Origin: Octopus vulgaris
Lineage: Eukaryota
Direction: 5' to 3'
NCBI GenBank assembly: GCA_951406725.2
Contig: OX597814.1
Location: forward strand, 83,390,001 to 83,454,000
DNA: 64,000 nt
Position 1 is the stretch's first letter; every line of letters starts with the position of its first letter. Shown here piece after piece: positions 50,621 through 64,000 of this stretch. The position numbers were made by a program, and so were the translations under genes. Under the pieces are notes generated by a model, which was given only the letters and a program-made list of their open reading frames with translations, was not told the DNA's origin and searched no databases.

Positions 50621-53406
50621 TTCCTGCAATAAAACAGTTAATATAGACTAAACTAAGAAAAACCAACTATAACAAATACATAAAGTTTTCTTAAGAGAAA
50701 TCGAAATTGGTTAGGAAATTGATTTCTGTGTTTCCTGACATCAGGAAACTGTTTGTAATCTGATGTTTGCCAGTATTATCAAAGTGCAGACATGGCCATT
50801 TGGTTATGAAGTTCACAATTATATGGTTCCAGCTTTGATCTCACCTACAGCATCTTATTTTCTATCAGAGATTTGAGTCAATCAAGACTTGTGAAGAAAA
50901 TTGAGCTGATAGAATGGATTGCACCTGTTCTTTGGTGAGAGACTTAATCCATCACTCAGTTTAAGACCACCACCTGGCCCTTGAATGCTAAAAGCATCCT
51001 AAGGTCAGGTGTCCTCTCTTTTGCAAGAATTTGGACCAGGTCTCCATTGTGAAGCAATTCAGTATCTTGATGTTCTGCTTCCTTCTCCAGAAACCCACGT
51101 GTTATTTCTTGCCCCTTTCTTCTATCAGTATCAGAGACCTGCCATGGGTCAGGAGAGCTACCTGCTCTTCTTCCTTTGACTGAGCCACAAAAAAGAAAAA
51201 GAGATAAAAAACACCCACAGTTTCCTTGGTTCCCCTCTCGCAAACCTTAGAATATCCTTAGTTTCTAAAACTCATTTTCATCACTGGTTACACCTGTATT
51301 GTTATTGTTTCTCTAATTATTTCAACCCATAACTAAGCGAGAGCTCGGGTGTAGGGAGAAAATCATTGTAACTACAAGTAAACAAAATTAGAATTTTCTA
51401 AGTGAAAGAAGTTTTTATATGTATTTGTTTGTGGATTATGGTTTTCTTGTATTATTAATGAAGTCAAAATTACAACTAATGAAGATCGGTCAGCAAGCTA
51501 GAAATAAATGTGGCTAAGATAATCAGGTGAACAAAACAAAACTAAGAATAATAGTTTACATCATGAATATAATGGAAAAAGAAAATATAGTGAGGAGAGA
51601 AAAAATATTATTAGAAACTGTGCTGTGTTAATTGGTATCATGAAGGTGAGAAAGGTAGGTGTGTGTGTGTGTTATTTGTATGCATCTTGAGCTTTGTGTA
51701 TACTGTATAATTTAATGAAGGGGAACAGGAAAAGATGATGAAGTGTGTTTATCTTTTGTAGTATGTGTTATATATGTTATACTAATATGAGAATATAAAA
51801 CATGCATACCTTTTCTATTTTTTTACTGTACTATGTAGAATGAGAAACCATGAAATGTGGAAAGAGACTAACTAACACTCATGTTTACTGTAATTATCAC
51901 AAAAAATCTGTTTACAAAATAAATTGTCATCAAACTGTTGCCTACATATTATATACAGGCTACTATATGGTACCCAACATAGCATGGCCAGAAAGCTACA
52001 GTGTACCTAGCACATGGCCAGGAATTCACCCAGTACACATTATAATCAAATCACTAAATTGTATATGTTTTAGTTCAGTAAGATAAGGCAGTGCTCTTAA
52101 ACAGATCTGTGAAGTCAGTGCTGTTGATAATCAGGTTGAAATGCTACAGATTGTTACATGTATCGAAAAGATGAACGGAAGTAGTTCACAAGGACAGAAG
52201 TACTGTGAATAGAGTTTGAGGTGAATTGTTTGGTGATTGGTTTGGGGTTGTCACAGTAAGCATGATGAGAGGAGAGGGGACTGGTGAATTAGATGAACTT
52301 CTTGGTTCAGAGGAATAACAACCATTGAGAGTGTGGGCGGGTGCAGTCTATTGGTGTACAAAAAGTTATAGCATTTTAGTGAGAAAATGGTTTCCAAACA
52401 ATTAGATGGTTTTCTTTTGCATGTTGTATTTGTATATGTTGCAGCTGCTCTATCCTAAATATGTGAACAGTTATCTATTGTAAGGTATAGTACATTTATC
52501 TATTGTATTGTGTCAGCAGCTGTTCTATGCTTAAGGAATTGCTGTCAATAAAGAAAGTGTACATATCTATGTTACCGTTTTTACTATTTATTTACAATTT
52601 TTATCATATTTTAAGAAAAAGAAAAAAAAAAACAGTGATATTGAACTATGATACCCAGTAAAGGTTATTAGTTCAGATGGGATTTCATCTGAGGTGACTG
52701 GTTTAATAATAACATAATATTCATCTTGATTTGAAACAACTCACAGCATTGGTAACAGTTGCATAGAAAGATTTAAGAAAATCACTTAAACACATGGATC
52801 AGTTGAGAGTGTTGAGATTTCTGCATCATTCCTACATCTTTTATATTTTACCTTTTACTTGTTTCAGCCATTGGACTGTAGCCATACTGGGGCACCACCT
52901 TGAAGGGTTTAGTAAACAAATTGATCCCAGTATTGCTAATATAATTTTTTTGAAATTGATTATAAGAACCTATGTTAATAATAATTTGGGGTCCATATCC
53001 CTGAACCATTTGTGTCAATGTTGTAGTCATGACAACTTTTCAGTGACACTACATTGAAGCCTTGCATTTGTAAAGTGTATAAAGGTTTTAGTTGTCAGTT
53101 TTCAATAAAGAGGAGAGAGAGAATTTACTGTTGTATGTTTCCTTTACATGCGTAGGGATTGTTACTCTATTATAGGTGTTGTAATAGCTTTTTTTTATTA
53201 GTCAGCCAACTTTGATTAAACAGGTTTATGATAAAAATCATTCTAACCAGGACCATCCAATGGTTTTTCTGGCATAATATATCTAAGACTAAGTATGGTT
53301 TAAGAGAGATTTTGTTGCTACTTCTAGCCAGTCAAGAAGTTCTTTTGTTGCTTCATAGTAACAATGTCTATTTACTTTTGTCCAAATCCTTCTCCATAAT
53401 ATCCCC

Positions 53407-53445
<39 letters not shown>

Positions 53446-56134
53446 AACAAACAACTTTTTTTCTTTTCCCTTGACATAAGTTTCCCAATTGCTATCACTG
53501 CAATGGTTTCAGGCATAAATTTGAACAGATTTCTATGCCACTGGAAGACTTGTGTACTTATATATTGTACACTGCCCTTCATATCTTCTACAGTATACAA
53601 ACTTATCCAAATTTATGAACTTTAGTGAAACGTTTTCTGATGCTGACCATCACTAGTTTTCTCAAACTCTGGTTTTTATTTCTATCCAAGATGTACTAGT
53701 TTATTTACATTTGCTTTCTCCTTTTAATTTTTTTTAATAAAATGTTTCTTTCACTCATATTTCTTACTTTGCATTTATCAACTAATACAGTAGTAAAAAT
53801 ACTGTACAATGAACACTACTTGGCAAAGTTTCAGGATAAGCACTACTCCCATAACATTTTTCTTCTTTTTATTTTTTTAGAACCTTTTCTTCTTTTGAAT
53901 TTATATGTTTTAAACATTAGAGATTATAATTCTGCCAGAAGTTTTTTCTTTTCAAATTTCAGTTATTTCTATTTTTTTGCCACCTTCCCTATTCTCCATT
54001 TTGAAGTTCTTATGTGACCATGACTTTTCACTCATTAGAAACTTTTTCAAATATTCTTTTCTAAATTGTAAATTTTAAACTTAAGAGATTATGTTTCTGA
54101 AAAAAAAAAACCCTGAATTAAATTTTTCAGATAAAAATAAGAATAAAAGAGTTACAGGGCTTACATCAAAACATTGCCTAGCAATGAAATATCTGTTTCT
54201 TATTCACTATTTTATTTATGTAATAAATGTATTATTTTTTTTAAAGTTCCTAAAGCAATGGAAAATTGACAATAAAAGCATCTAAAATCCCCAAGATGCC
54301 TATTATTTTGAAAGTTTGCTGTAACTCACCCCACGAATCAGTGGAGCTTAAAAAATATATTAGCTGAGAAAAAGCATAAGAAAACAGAACAACTTTCATA
54401 TTATATTCAAAGTATAAGTTGTTAAGTCAAAAACACATACACTACATAAAAATAATGCTGATCAAAATCACCACAATCTTAAAGCCCAACAAAATATATA
54501 AAAAAGTGTAGTAGTATAATACAAATCCATTAATTTCCTATGCACACCCTCAACAATTTTAGAAAAACTCACTTAGTGTCTCTAATCACACATTTCTCTC
54601 TCCAAATCACAGCACAAATTCAGATCTCTACTCACAAATCTTACACAAAAATATAAGATGGCTTCAACTACAAAAATAAAAAAAAGTACCATTTCAACTA
54701 CTACTGATACCAGTAAATCTCTAGATTATATCCCTTGTTATTCACTTAAACCTAAAATACTCAACACTTTAACAAATAACAGAAAATTGGCTTGTAAGCT
54801 ACTTGTGTATTAAAAATCAAGAAACAGTCTATAATCTGCAATTTCCTGAATGTAATAACACAAGGATCTATCTTCCTACTTGTCTCTTTACTGCTAACAC
54901 AAACTTCTCATACCATTTCAAAACAAACACAGAGTCCCATATGTAGATAATATCAGTCACACTTACCAAGACTTCCCAAATTCAGCTGTACAACTTGTCC
55001 AACCCACTAGCAACCACCTAGAAATTTGGTTCCAGGAGGCATCACTCTTATAGCAGCACCTATCAAATGCAATGAATTCTTTTATAACAGTTACACCATC
55101 ACTCAACAACAAACACTAAATATACAAAAGAAAAAACAACTAGGAATTTAAAATTTTCAATTTTTTTTTTCATTCAAGACTGATTTGAGGCTACACAACA
55201 ACAAACACACAAAATGAACAAAGTACAACATGCACATAAAATGGAAATAAGTACAACTTACTTACACTTCCACACTGCTCCTCATACAATCAAACACTGT
55301 ATGCAAGTATGCGGTAGGGCCTCTAACAAAATGGGAGTATAACATATCCAGAACTTTTGATCAGTGGATAACAACTGCTCATTTGACCAACTACTTACAT
55401 ACCATAATTTGCTCAAACAAGAATGTCTTGGAGCTAGACAGCAACAACTGTGTAAATGTGCCTCTTATTTTAAACTTTGGAACTCTGTTGAACAGGTTCA
55501 TTGACTTATTACCTTATTTCTGGTAGTAAAATTAAAGCTAGAGTTTTGGGATGTTGAATAATTAAAACACTTTCACAGAAATGCTTTGGTGAGATCAACA
55601 ACCAGCCTGTAACAATTCAAATTAAACATTAACAGTACTAACTGTTATGTCTCCATATGAGAGAGAGCCCAGAAAGGTTATGCGTATTGTTCCTTGTTTC
55701 TAGATCCAACATGATACCCGGTTCGGTACTACCATTTAAAACAAATATGAACTATGTTCAGTTAGTTGGCCGGTTTTCCTTTCTATACAGCAACATTTGT
55801 AGACTTTGGTCCAACTTAGTTGAGGTTCTTGGTGATACATGTGAACCAGTATGCCATGGGGGGGGGGGAGGGCCGTTAGGCAGTGTTTGAATAAATATGT
55901 ATGACAGGAAGGATGGGAATAGATAAAGAATCTGGGTTGAGCATATGGAGTGGGGAGATGTCTGTCAGTAAGTTACACAGATTATAAAAATGTCTGAAGG
56001 AGTAACAGATGAATTCAAAGCAGAATTCAAAGGGAAGAGGCAAGTTCTAATGGGACGTGTCAGAAACGCCATAAGACAGTGATAACACAAATACAAAGAC
56101 ACACACACATAGATGTATATGTATGTATATATAC

Positions 56135-56620
56135 AACAGGCTCCTTTCAGTTTCCACGTACCAAATCTATTCACAAGGCTTTGGTCAGCCCAAAGCTATA
56201 ATAGAAGACACTTGCCTAGGGTGCCACACAGTAGGACTGAACCTGGAACCATACGGTTGGAAAGCAAGCTTCTTTTCTGTTATGGACCCAGATTTTCCAA
56301 GGCCGCCAAGAGCACACCAGATGCCACCCAAGATGCAGCACTCTACAGGCACCATATCCGTATCTCCGGACAAGCCGATTCCACAGATGCGGTCCTTTAC
56401 GAAGAGAGAACTCTTCCCGGGGATCCCAGCAATGTCTCCAGGCTTACTTGCATTGCTGCTGCTTCACCCAGCCACCGGCTTCGACAACAGATGCGCTGCT
56501 AGGAGCATGCTGCATTCCCACCACTGGACGAGTACTCTTTGAGTTTGGGTTCAGGAATATTAACCCAATTCCCTTTCAATGCAAGGCCATTTCTTACCAC
56601 ACAACCATGCCTGCACCTAA
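56135..56620 (-). mobile_element. CORE-like SINE interrupted by a 28S rRNA fragment
   Basis: The SINE reads ..GAAGACACTTGCCTAGGGTGCCAC..GAAAGCAAGCTTCTT and resumes ACCACACAACCATGCCTGCACC after the insert. The uninterrupted junction GCAAGCTTCTTACCACACAGCC is visible at 6-27. Confidence 0.82.
56275..56590 (-). pseudogene. Large-subunit (28S) rRNA pseudogene fragment
   Basis: The minus strand reads GAAAGGGAATTGGGTTAATATTCCTGAACC ... GGAGACATTGCTGGGATCCCCGGGAAGAGTTCTCT ... GGAATCGGCTTGTCCGGAGATA ... GGCGGCCTTGGAAAATCTGGG, the conserved LSU motifs around expansion segment D7, with apparent CpG decay. Confidence 0.85.
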
Positions 56621-59600
56621 CCTTTAAATTAATTTCAGAACTGTAGGACAGTCAGGCCTAAACATGAGAAGAGATAATCAATGACTAAAAATACTGATTA
56701 AATGTTGCCAGTCAATCCAAATTGATATGTTGAAAATTTTATATCTGGTTTCCTACTCATATAGATTTCTCAAATACAGTTAACTTTATTAACAGCTGAC
56801 TGCCTCAGGATATTGGTGGGGATTTTTGTATGACAATCATGCTATGATTGTGGTGTGAAATCATGCAGTTGTGTGTGGTGTAGAGTCTGTGTCATAATTC
56901 AACCAAACTATTAGCTGATGCAGACTACATCTAGCTTCCTCTGATTTTGCTGTTTGACCATGCTTTATAGCACTGTTTCACTGAGAAATTCCTATTGTGT
57001 AGGATACAGTATGGTTTTGAGAACAATTTATGGATACTACTCTATCACAAGTCATATGGTGCATCTATTTTGCTGACCAATATTTCTTTATATTATTAAA
57101 GTTTCCTGTAATTTTTGCAGCAGAGAAGAGAAAGGTGCATATTTGTAATTTTGTTGAATTTGCTGCAGGCTTTTTGGCAGTAAGCCTAATGTAACTACCA
57201 ATGCTATGCTATGCACTTGTTTGTTTCTGTAATCATATGTTTATTTGTGTTTGTGTATGCGTGTGTGCACATGTGTGTGTGTGTGTGTGTCCCTTTAGTC
57301 ATTCATGACAATTGCTCCAATGGTAATGGGAAGGTCAAATAGAATATCTAAATATTTTTCTTTAGGAAAATAAATTAAAATTTGGCGAACATAATTGGAT
57401 AGATAAGAAGATATTTTAAGTGAGGTGGATTTGATGTGAGAAGAGATCAAGTAGAAAAACTGGTAATATGATATGGATGGGTGATGGCAGATGTGGTAGT
57501 TGAAGGCTGTGGTGGGTGTTGTTGTTTGTAAGTGGAGTAATATTGATGGTAGAAATATAATGGGAATGGTGATGGTGGTGATAAAGTTGGTATTGATCAC
57601 AGTGGTGGGGTTGTGGTGGGCAGTGTATTGGTAGTGGAGGTATCTGGGTTTGATGATGGTGATGTAGAGTATATGATAAAGAGGTGTTGGTGATTGGTGG
57701 ATAGAGAAAGAAATAGGTGAGGGTTGGAAATGGTGTAGTAAGGAGAACAAATCTGTAGTAAAACTAGTACACACACACACAAGAAATTTTTAATTCTACC
57801 ATTTATGTAGTTTAAAACCTCAAGACACCAAACAGGAAGCTACAAGTAAAATTGGTGCCATTAAAAACACTCCCCTCCTGATCCAACTTTGTATTTAGTT
57901 ACCTTTGTAGTTTTGAGTGCTTTCTAGTAACATTGCTTGATTCTGTTATTTGTTATTCTTGTGGAGGGAAAATTCTTCAATTTTCAGACAATTGCTAGCT
58001 TAAAAGAAATCAATACTTCTGTAGCTGCTACGACTGCTGCACTCTTGTACATTGATGGTTATCAGCTGATTCATGATATGTCACTGTTACTTCGATCTTA
58101 CAACTACTAGTTATTTATTTACCTGTTATTCTGAAAACTTACAGTCTTTTTAGATTTTTTCGTATTTGGTCACTGCTGTTTCTGTTGATATAATTATATA
58201 TAAAGGCCTGTGGTTGTGATCCCTTAACTACTAGATTGTTAATAGTTACACAGGCATGTAGAGAGATTTACGAATGAACAGAGAGAAAGATTGATAGATA
58301 GACAGATAAACAGACAGACAAGACCTATAAACTGCTCTTAAATGATCAATTGTCTAATCCCTAAATGGCTCTACTTAAGCAGGCCTGTGGCTAATTTCGT
58401 GCTGTGCCATAGATATTTGTTCAATATCTGTTTACCAATGTTACTCAAGAAATATTATCAAAATTATAGTCAAAGATATGTAGACATTTTCAAGTCAGCA
58501 GCAGTAGTAGCAGTCAGCTATTAGTGCTAATACTTAAAGCTGGTCAGACAGACAAATGGATGTATGAATGAATGAATGAATTGATGGACAGCTGGTTAGT
58601 AAATGAAATGAATGGATAGAGAGATAAAATTATAGACAGACGGATATATATTATGTTTAATGGTTTAGATAGACAAGATAGACAAACTAATAGGCAGTTA
58701 TTGTGTTGTCTGTCACTGAATAAAAGTCTTTAGCTGCTAGATATCAAATAATGCTTATTAATCCTCTACACAATAAAATTTTGAGTTTTTTTTTTACCTA
58801 GTAAGTTCCCAAGGTAGTGAATCTGTGTCAGAGATAGCAACTTGTTTGTAAAACTTTGCTGTTCCCAGTAGAGCCAATAAAGAGGCCTTTACATGGTTGC
58901 TACACCAGCTAAAAATAGCTACCAAATCTTTAAATCACATCTAATTGTCTTTAAATATGAAGACATTGAATAAGGGAACCCTAGATACATGGTATTTGTT
59001 GAAAAACACAAAAACTGGATGGTTACAACTAGAACACCTTTTTATTTTAAATTTACATGATTAGGGCTAACCTGGGGATAAAAAGAAACAACATTCATAC
59101 ACACATAATGTAAGCATAGATAAACAAACAAAACAAATGAATAAGTGAAAACACGTTCCATCGTAGAAGCCAGCCACCCACCAACCAGACATCAATATTG
59201 TAAGAAAAATACAAGAGAAAGAAGATATCTATAGACTATCAACAAAATGTCTGCAAATCCAGTACCTGAAATGCACTTTCAGCTTTTTTATTATTATAGA
59301 AGCAACAGGATATGTACCAACTCACCAGGATCAAAGTATGTTTAAATTTGGATTCACAAACTCCATAGTTGTTCAGTTACTGATGATCATGATATTTGGG
59401 ATAATAAAAATCTGCAAGATTTTCTTATAGTTTAGAGGATGAATTGTTGCACAAAAGATGTTAAAGAGAACCAGATTCTTTACTTTACAGCCTTGCCACC
59501 AAGCTGGTGGCTGACAAACAAACTTTAAAACTCTTATCACAAGAAATATACAAACAAGCAAACAAACTTACTATCACTTACTACCATTTAGATCTAAAGC

Positions 59601-60627
59601 AACTATAGTAGCAACTATATAGGTTACCAAAGGCAATATTACAGGGTGACAATTTGTATAATGCTGTTCATAGGGGCAGGGAAAACTTCTGTTGGACCTA
59701 TTTGGAAAATGTCAGAGCAATGCATTAGGATCTACAGAGGAAGGAAAAACTGTCACCTTCTTGTTAGTGACCTTAAACTGTTTACAGGTGGTATTCATGA
59801 CACCAAGAGACAATTAGAGCTAGTTAAAATATCCCCCACAGAACATATGAATAGAGTTTAATCAAGATAAGTGTTCATATTTGGAAAATTGATTGAGGAA
59901 TCGTCTACTTTTAGGAACTTAAATAAATCTCAGAGAAAACTATTCATTCATTCAGCAGACATTTCACCATCAAACAATAACACTATCTCCACAGTTTTTA
60001 TTTGATGGTTATGGCTAATAACTAATTAGAGTATATAGCCATCATGTACAGGAATTAACTGACAACAAAATAATAATTATTAAATAATAATAAGATAAAA
60101 ACAGCTCAGATGTAAATGTAGGAAATGGAAATATTAAGAAAAGTAGCTTTCATTACTCTTTAGTTCTGTTCTCTCAAATGTATGCTTTTTATTTATTTAT
60201 TTGTTTTCTTAGTCTTTATTATTAATCACCTTAGTATTGTCCCTATCAATCGTCTGATTAATAGGTATAATATTAAGGCTCCTCTCTATCCCAGATATAA
60301 ATCATGCTTTTGCTAAAAAATATTTAAGAAATGTTTGCTCATGTCAATATTGTAAGGGCTAGTTGTCTACTAAGTAGAAGCAAATGGTACAGTGTTCAAG
60401 TCAGATATTCGATATCTAAATTTGATGTCTTCTGTTTCTTTGCTCATGGCTTATCAAACTAATTTGGATATTATATATCCAGTTTTTGTATTCTGAGAAA
60501 ATAGGGATCACACCACAGATTTTTTAAAATGAAAATAAGAAATTCCATAATTACAAACTGAATTTCCCACCATCTTTCGTTATCACCATTTAACATCAAA
60601 AATATATCTTTTCTTGTTATCTTACAG

Positions 60628-60825
60628 TAGCATCACATGATGATAATGACGATGAAAAATCTTCCCGACAACAAATTTTGGGATCATTTTTACCTATCAG
60701 CTCCCAGGGCAGTGGATCTGTATCAAATGCAGATAGTGACCTGCTCATAAAACTTTGTTGTTGTCAATTAAAACTACCAAAATGCCTGAAGTGCCTGAGA
60801 TTTCCAGAGATCCTTGATCCTCAAA
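60628..60825 (+). CDS. Coding exon of the CNGB-like gene (pre-S1 region)
   Basis: TTTTCTTGTTATCTTACAG acceptor and GTATGT donor at 60826; phase 1 matches the exon ending at 36454. Encodes (V)ASHDDNDDEKSSRQQILGSFLPISSQGSGSVSNADSDLLIKLCCCQLKLPKCLKCLRFPEILDPQ, resembling CNGB1 MLCCKFK..KKYQFPQSIDP just before S1. Confidence 0.82.
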
Positions 60826-62867
60826 GTATGTACTTTTGTCTCATTTATATAAATCTCTATTTCTTACCTTTGTTTTTATATGTTCAAAGTTAAAACTCTG
60901 TTTTTTGTTTTAATTTTTTGACGACATTCAATAATAATACTTTCCTAAAAATTTTCTAACATATATCTAATCTAAAACTATTCAACAGTATACATAAAAC
61001 AGCACAATATTCTTATAATTATCATCTAACACCAACCACTCCATAGAGTGTACTGGGTGCTTTTTATATGGCACCATCACTTGTGCTTTTAATGTGGCAT
61101 CAGCACTGATATCAATCCTGCTGTGGCAGATACAACTCAAGTACAGAAGTGTGTCCAGTCATTTTTTTTTCTTTTTTGCATTCTGAGTTCAAACCTGCTG
61201 TCAGCTTTGCCTTTCATTCTTCTACCCTCCACTAAATTTGAGATATGTACCTATGTTAGAAATCCATTTTCATGATTGCCAGTCTAGCATTATTCTCTAC
61301 ACGCTGACCTTTTTGTTGCCACATTTCTATAGACATACAAAAACCTTTCAGTCAAATAGTTTTTAAAATACTGAAGAATTTAGTAAAATAATTTTGTCAT
61401 TATTAAGATAGTGTCTGAAACAAGATGGTGTCTGAAATTCACACGGAAATTTGATGGCAAGTTTCAATTTAGATCACTTTAAAACAGGAAGCTTATATCA
61501 TAGAACAAAGGAGAGTTTTTCAGGAGGGTCGATATAAAAAAGATTAGTAGTTATGAGGTTAAAAATGTGACCCTTCTTTTCAAAATACCAGTGACTGCAG
61601 CAAGCTAGAAATAGCAGCCAAATCTCCCTCACCCTACCAACTTAGAAAAAAATACATGGTGGATAATGTTTTTCTGTTTGAACTGTGATGTGATAAAGGA
61701 AGTTCCAGATAGAATCTTTTAATCAATTTGAAAGAGACATATATCATTAGCCATAACAGATGTGGTGCCAGAAGAAGATGAAAGAGACATAACTGCTTTT
61801 ATAGCCAAATAACTGTTATCATACTTTTTTCTCCACATTTAATATATTGTTGTTACCAAGTATGTAAATTAATACACACATTATACAGTCTTTATTATTG
61901 AGTACATTAGAATATTTAACTCATTTATTTATTCTTTACCCTAAACAACGAAAATTTAGACATTTTAATTTTCAAGCTTACATTGTTTATTAATTATAAA
62001 AGTGATATTACGCAACCAATCAAAAAATTATTATCACAATGTATTAAAAACAGAATTTACAAATTTCAGCACTCTAAGGAGTCATGCACTTTGGGGATGT
62101 GCCACAGTATTTGTTGGGCCATCAAATGTAGCTGTAGGTGTATCTGCAGGGGTAATTTCAATCTATTTTGCAAATTTATTGAACTCTTGTAAGATTATTT
62201 ATCACTTTAGTTTGAACTGGTCAATTGTCGTGTATAGCTAGGATCATTAGATGTTCATCTCATACATAAGGAGCTAGATCTCTGGTTAGAAACCATAACT
62301 TTTCTGCCATTTATGAACCTGACATGAGAATAATTGAGATTTGTCTCTAGAAATGTTGTGGGTTTCAATAGCTTTGCATATTTGAACATATGTGGTGATG
62401 CAAATAACTATGTGATGTTTAGAAAACCAAGTGGGCTGTGATGATCTGGTAAAGCCTTTCTAGAAAATTAAAAGAGCCTTCCATAAAAATTCTTAATGCA
62501 GAGCTTCATGCCATAGCTTTCCTAGTAACTGTACATAGTAATGGTCATGTGGAACATGCAGTAATATGTTCTCCCCTTGGGAAATTTTTAATTTAATTTT
62601 TGATCTCAAGAACTAATTTTATATAATTCAAAATCATCCCTTTATATCTTTTACACTGTAAGTTATCTAATGGATTATATGTAGTCATGCAGCTTTGTAG
62701 TAATCCCTTGGCTAGTTAGAATGTACTTCAACTTAGTAAATCTGATGGAACCTTGTCCATAAAGTGACATTCCAAATAAATTAAGAACTTTCTTACAGTA
62801 GAGGTACTTGTTACACTTGTGAAAAAGTGAATAGATATAAGAAAATTTGTCATTTATGTAAAATACA

Positions 62868-63769
62868 CGAGGTGGTATCACAAAATTCCCAGACTAGTTA
62901 TGTTTAATAAAAAATAACTTATTTACCTAAGTTTTAACATAATCTCCTTCAAAATTGTCACCTTGTGTAGTAATACACCAGTCTTAGCATTTCTGCCACT
63001 TTTGGAATCTGGTCTGGAAGTTGTTTTCTGTAAACAAGTTGAGGACCTTCTGCAATTTTCTCATGATCTCAACAAAGGTGTTAAAACAGTGACTATAGGG
63101 CTGCATTTTCATCTTCAGGAAAGATTTAGGTCTGCGGGTTCTAAATCTGGGGAATAGGGCAGGTGCAGAAGCATTACCATGTTGCTTTTGGCAAGAAACT
63201 CATGAGCTCAGTGACGGGGTGCGTTGCCATAATGAAGAATCCAATTCTTCACGCTCCACAGATCCATGTCCTCCAAATACTTCAAAACATTGTTGATTGT
63301 CCTCTGATGATCCTCATGCACAAGCTGATGAATTTTCTCCACGTTTCCTGGGGTGACACTCATGACAGGTCTTCCAGATTGTTCATTGTTTTCCAGATAT
63401 GTTCTTCTGCTTTTGAAGTGCTCATGCCACTTGAAATATTGTGTATGACCCATTGCTTTGTCACCAAAAGCTTGCCAATACATGCTCAGTGTCTCTACTG
63501 TCTCTACAGTATAGCTGACTTCCCAAGTTTAATGCAAAATTTCATGTTGGCTTTTTGTTCCAACTTCCTGTCCATGGCAAAAATTGTAGACCACAGCATA
63601 CATGTGATCACAAAAACCCAAATTTCAGAACTTGTGAAGTAAACAAAGCCATGTCACTCAGCACACTGCCTCATGAAGATCACTGCTAGCTCTCACTGCA
63701 CATGTAACTGTGTGCTGCCATCTGTTAGTACACTATAGAACTAGTCTAGAAACGTTTTGATACCACCTA
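62868..63769 (-). mobile_element. Internally deleted mariner element (mellifera-like)
   Basis: Imperfect TIRs CGAGGTGGTATCACAAAATTCCCAGACTAGTT / AACTAGTCTAGAAACGTTTTGATACCACCT. Transposase remnant from ATG at 63575 (MDRKLEQKANMKFCIKLGKSA..WQAFGDKAM..SGRP) jumps to WILHYGNAPRH, lacking the first catalytic Asp region. Confidence 0.88.
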
Positions 63770-64000
63770 TATTTGAATTATTAGAATGAGGAAAATACCA
63801 TTTGAAGTTTATTGCTAAGCATTCAGATGAAAAGGAAACTTTTAAAAGAGTAGTATTTTTCAGACAAGAAAATTACACTTGATTTTATTATGTGTGTGCC
63901 AATAGGTACATACTTAAGTTATGTACTTTTATGTACTTATTTTCCTTGTACTAAGGAATTATATAGTAACTCTAAAGTACTGGACAGGTGATCAGTTGAA

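Noticed and set aside
54400-55900. A/C-rich strand-biased region resembling a decayed LINE ORF1
   Set aside because: No recognisable conserved motif.
56113-56542. Overlapping 129-aa and 139-aa ORFs
   Set aside because: They are chance frames across a SINE and the antisense of the GC-rich 28S fragment.

Overview
AT-rich, repeat-dense eukaryotic (metazoan) DNA. The SINE/RTE/microsatellite landscape resembles an octopus (coleoid cephalopod) genome; this is an inference. Most of the window appears to be giant introns of a + strand cyclic-nucleotide-gated channel beta-subunit-like gene (CNGB-like). Two phase-compatible coding exons lie at 36294-36454 and 60628-60825, and a candidate first coding exon at 19470-19546. 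Mobile DNA includes a near full-length, recently disabled RTE LINE with a PHD-like finger inside its RT region (about 2150-6382) and several older RTE fragments. There is also a full-length DD34D mariner (25056-26341), an internally deleted mariner (62868-63769), a non-autonomous Helitron (41573-42028), piggyBac-, hAT- and foldback-type MITEs, and many SINEs. The most unusual signals are: minimal type-I hammerhead ribozyme motifs in Penelope-like segments embedded in (TA)n tracts, one well formed and in the sense of the host pre-mRNA; fold-back inverted duplications; and a decayed 28S rRNA fragment inserted into a SINE. No prokaryotic systems or CRISPR arrays were seen. All calls are by eye, without database searches.
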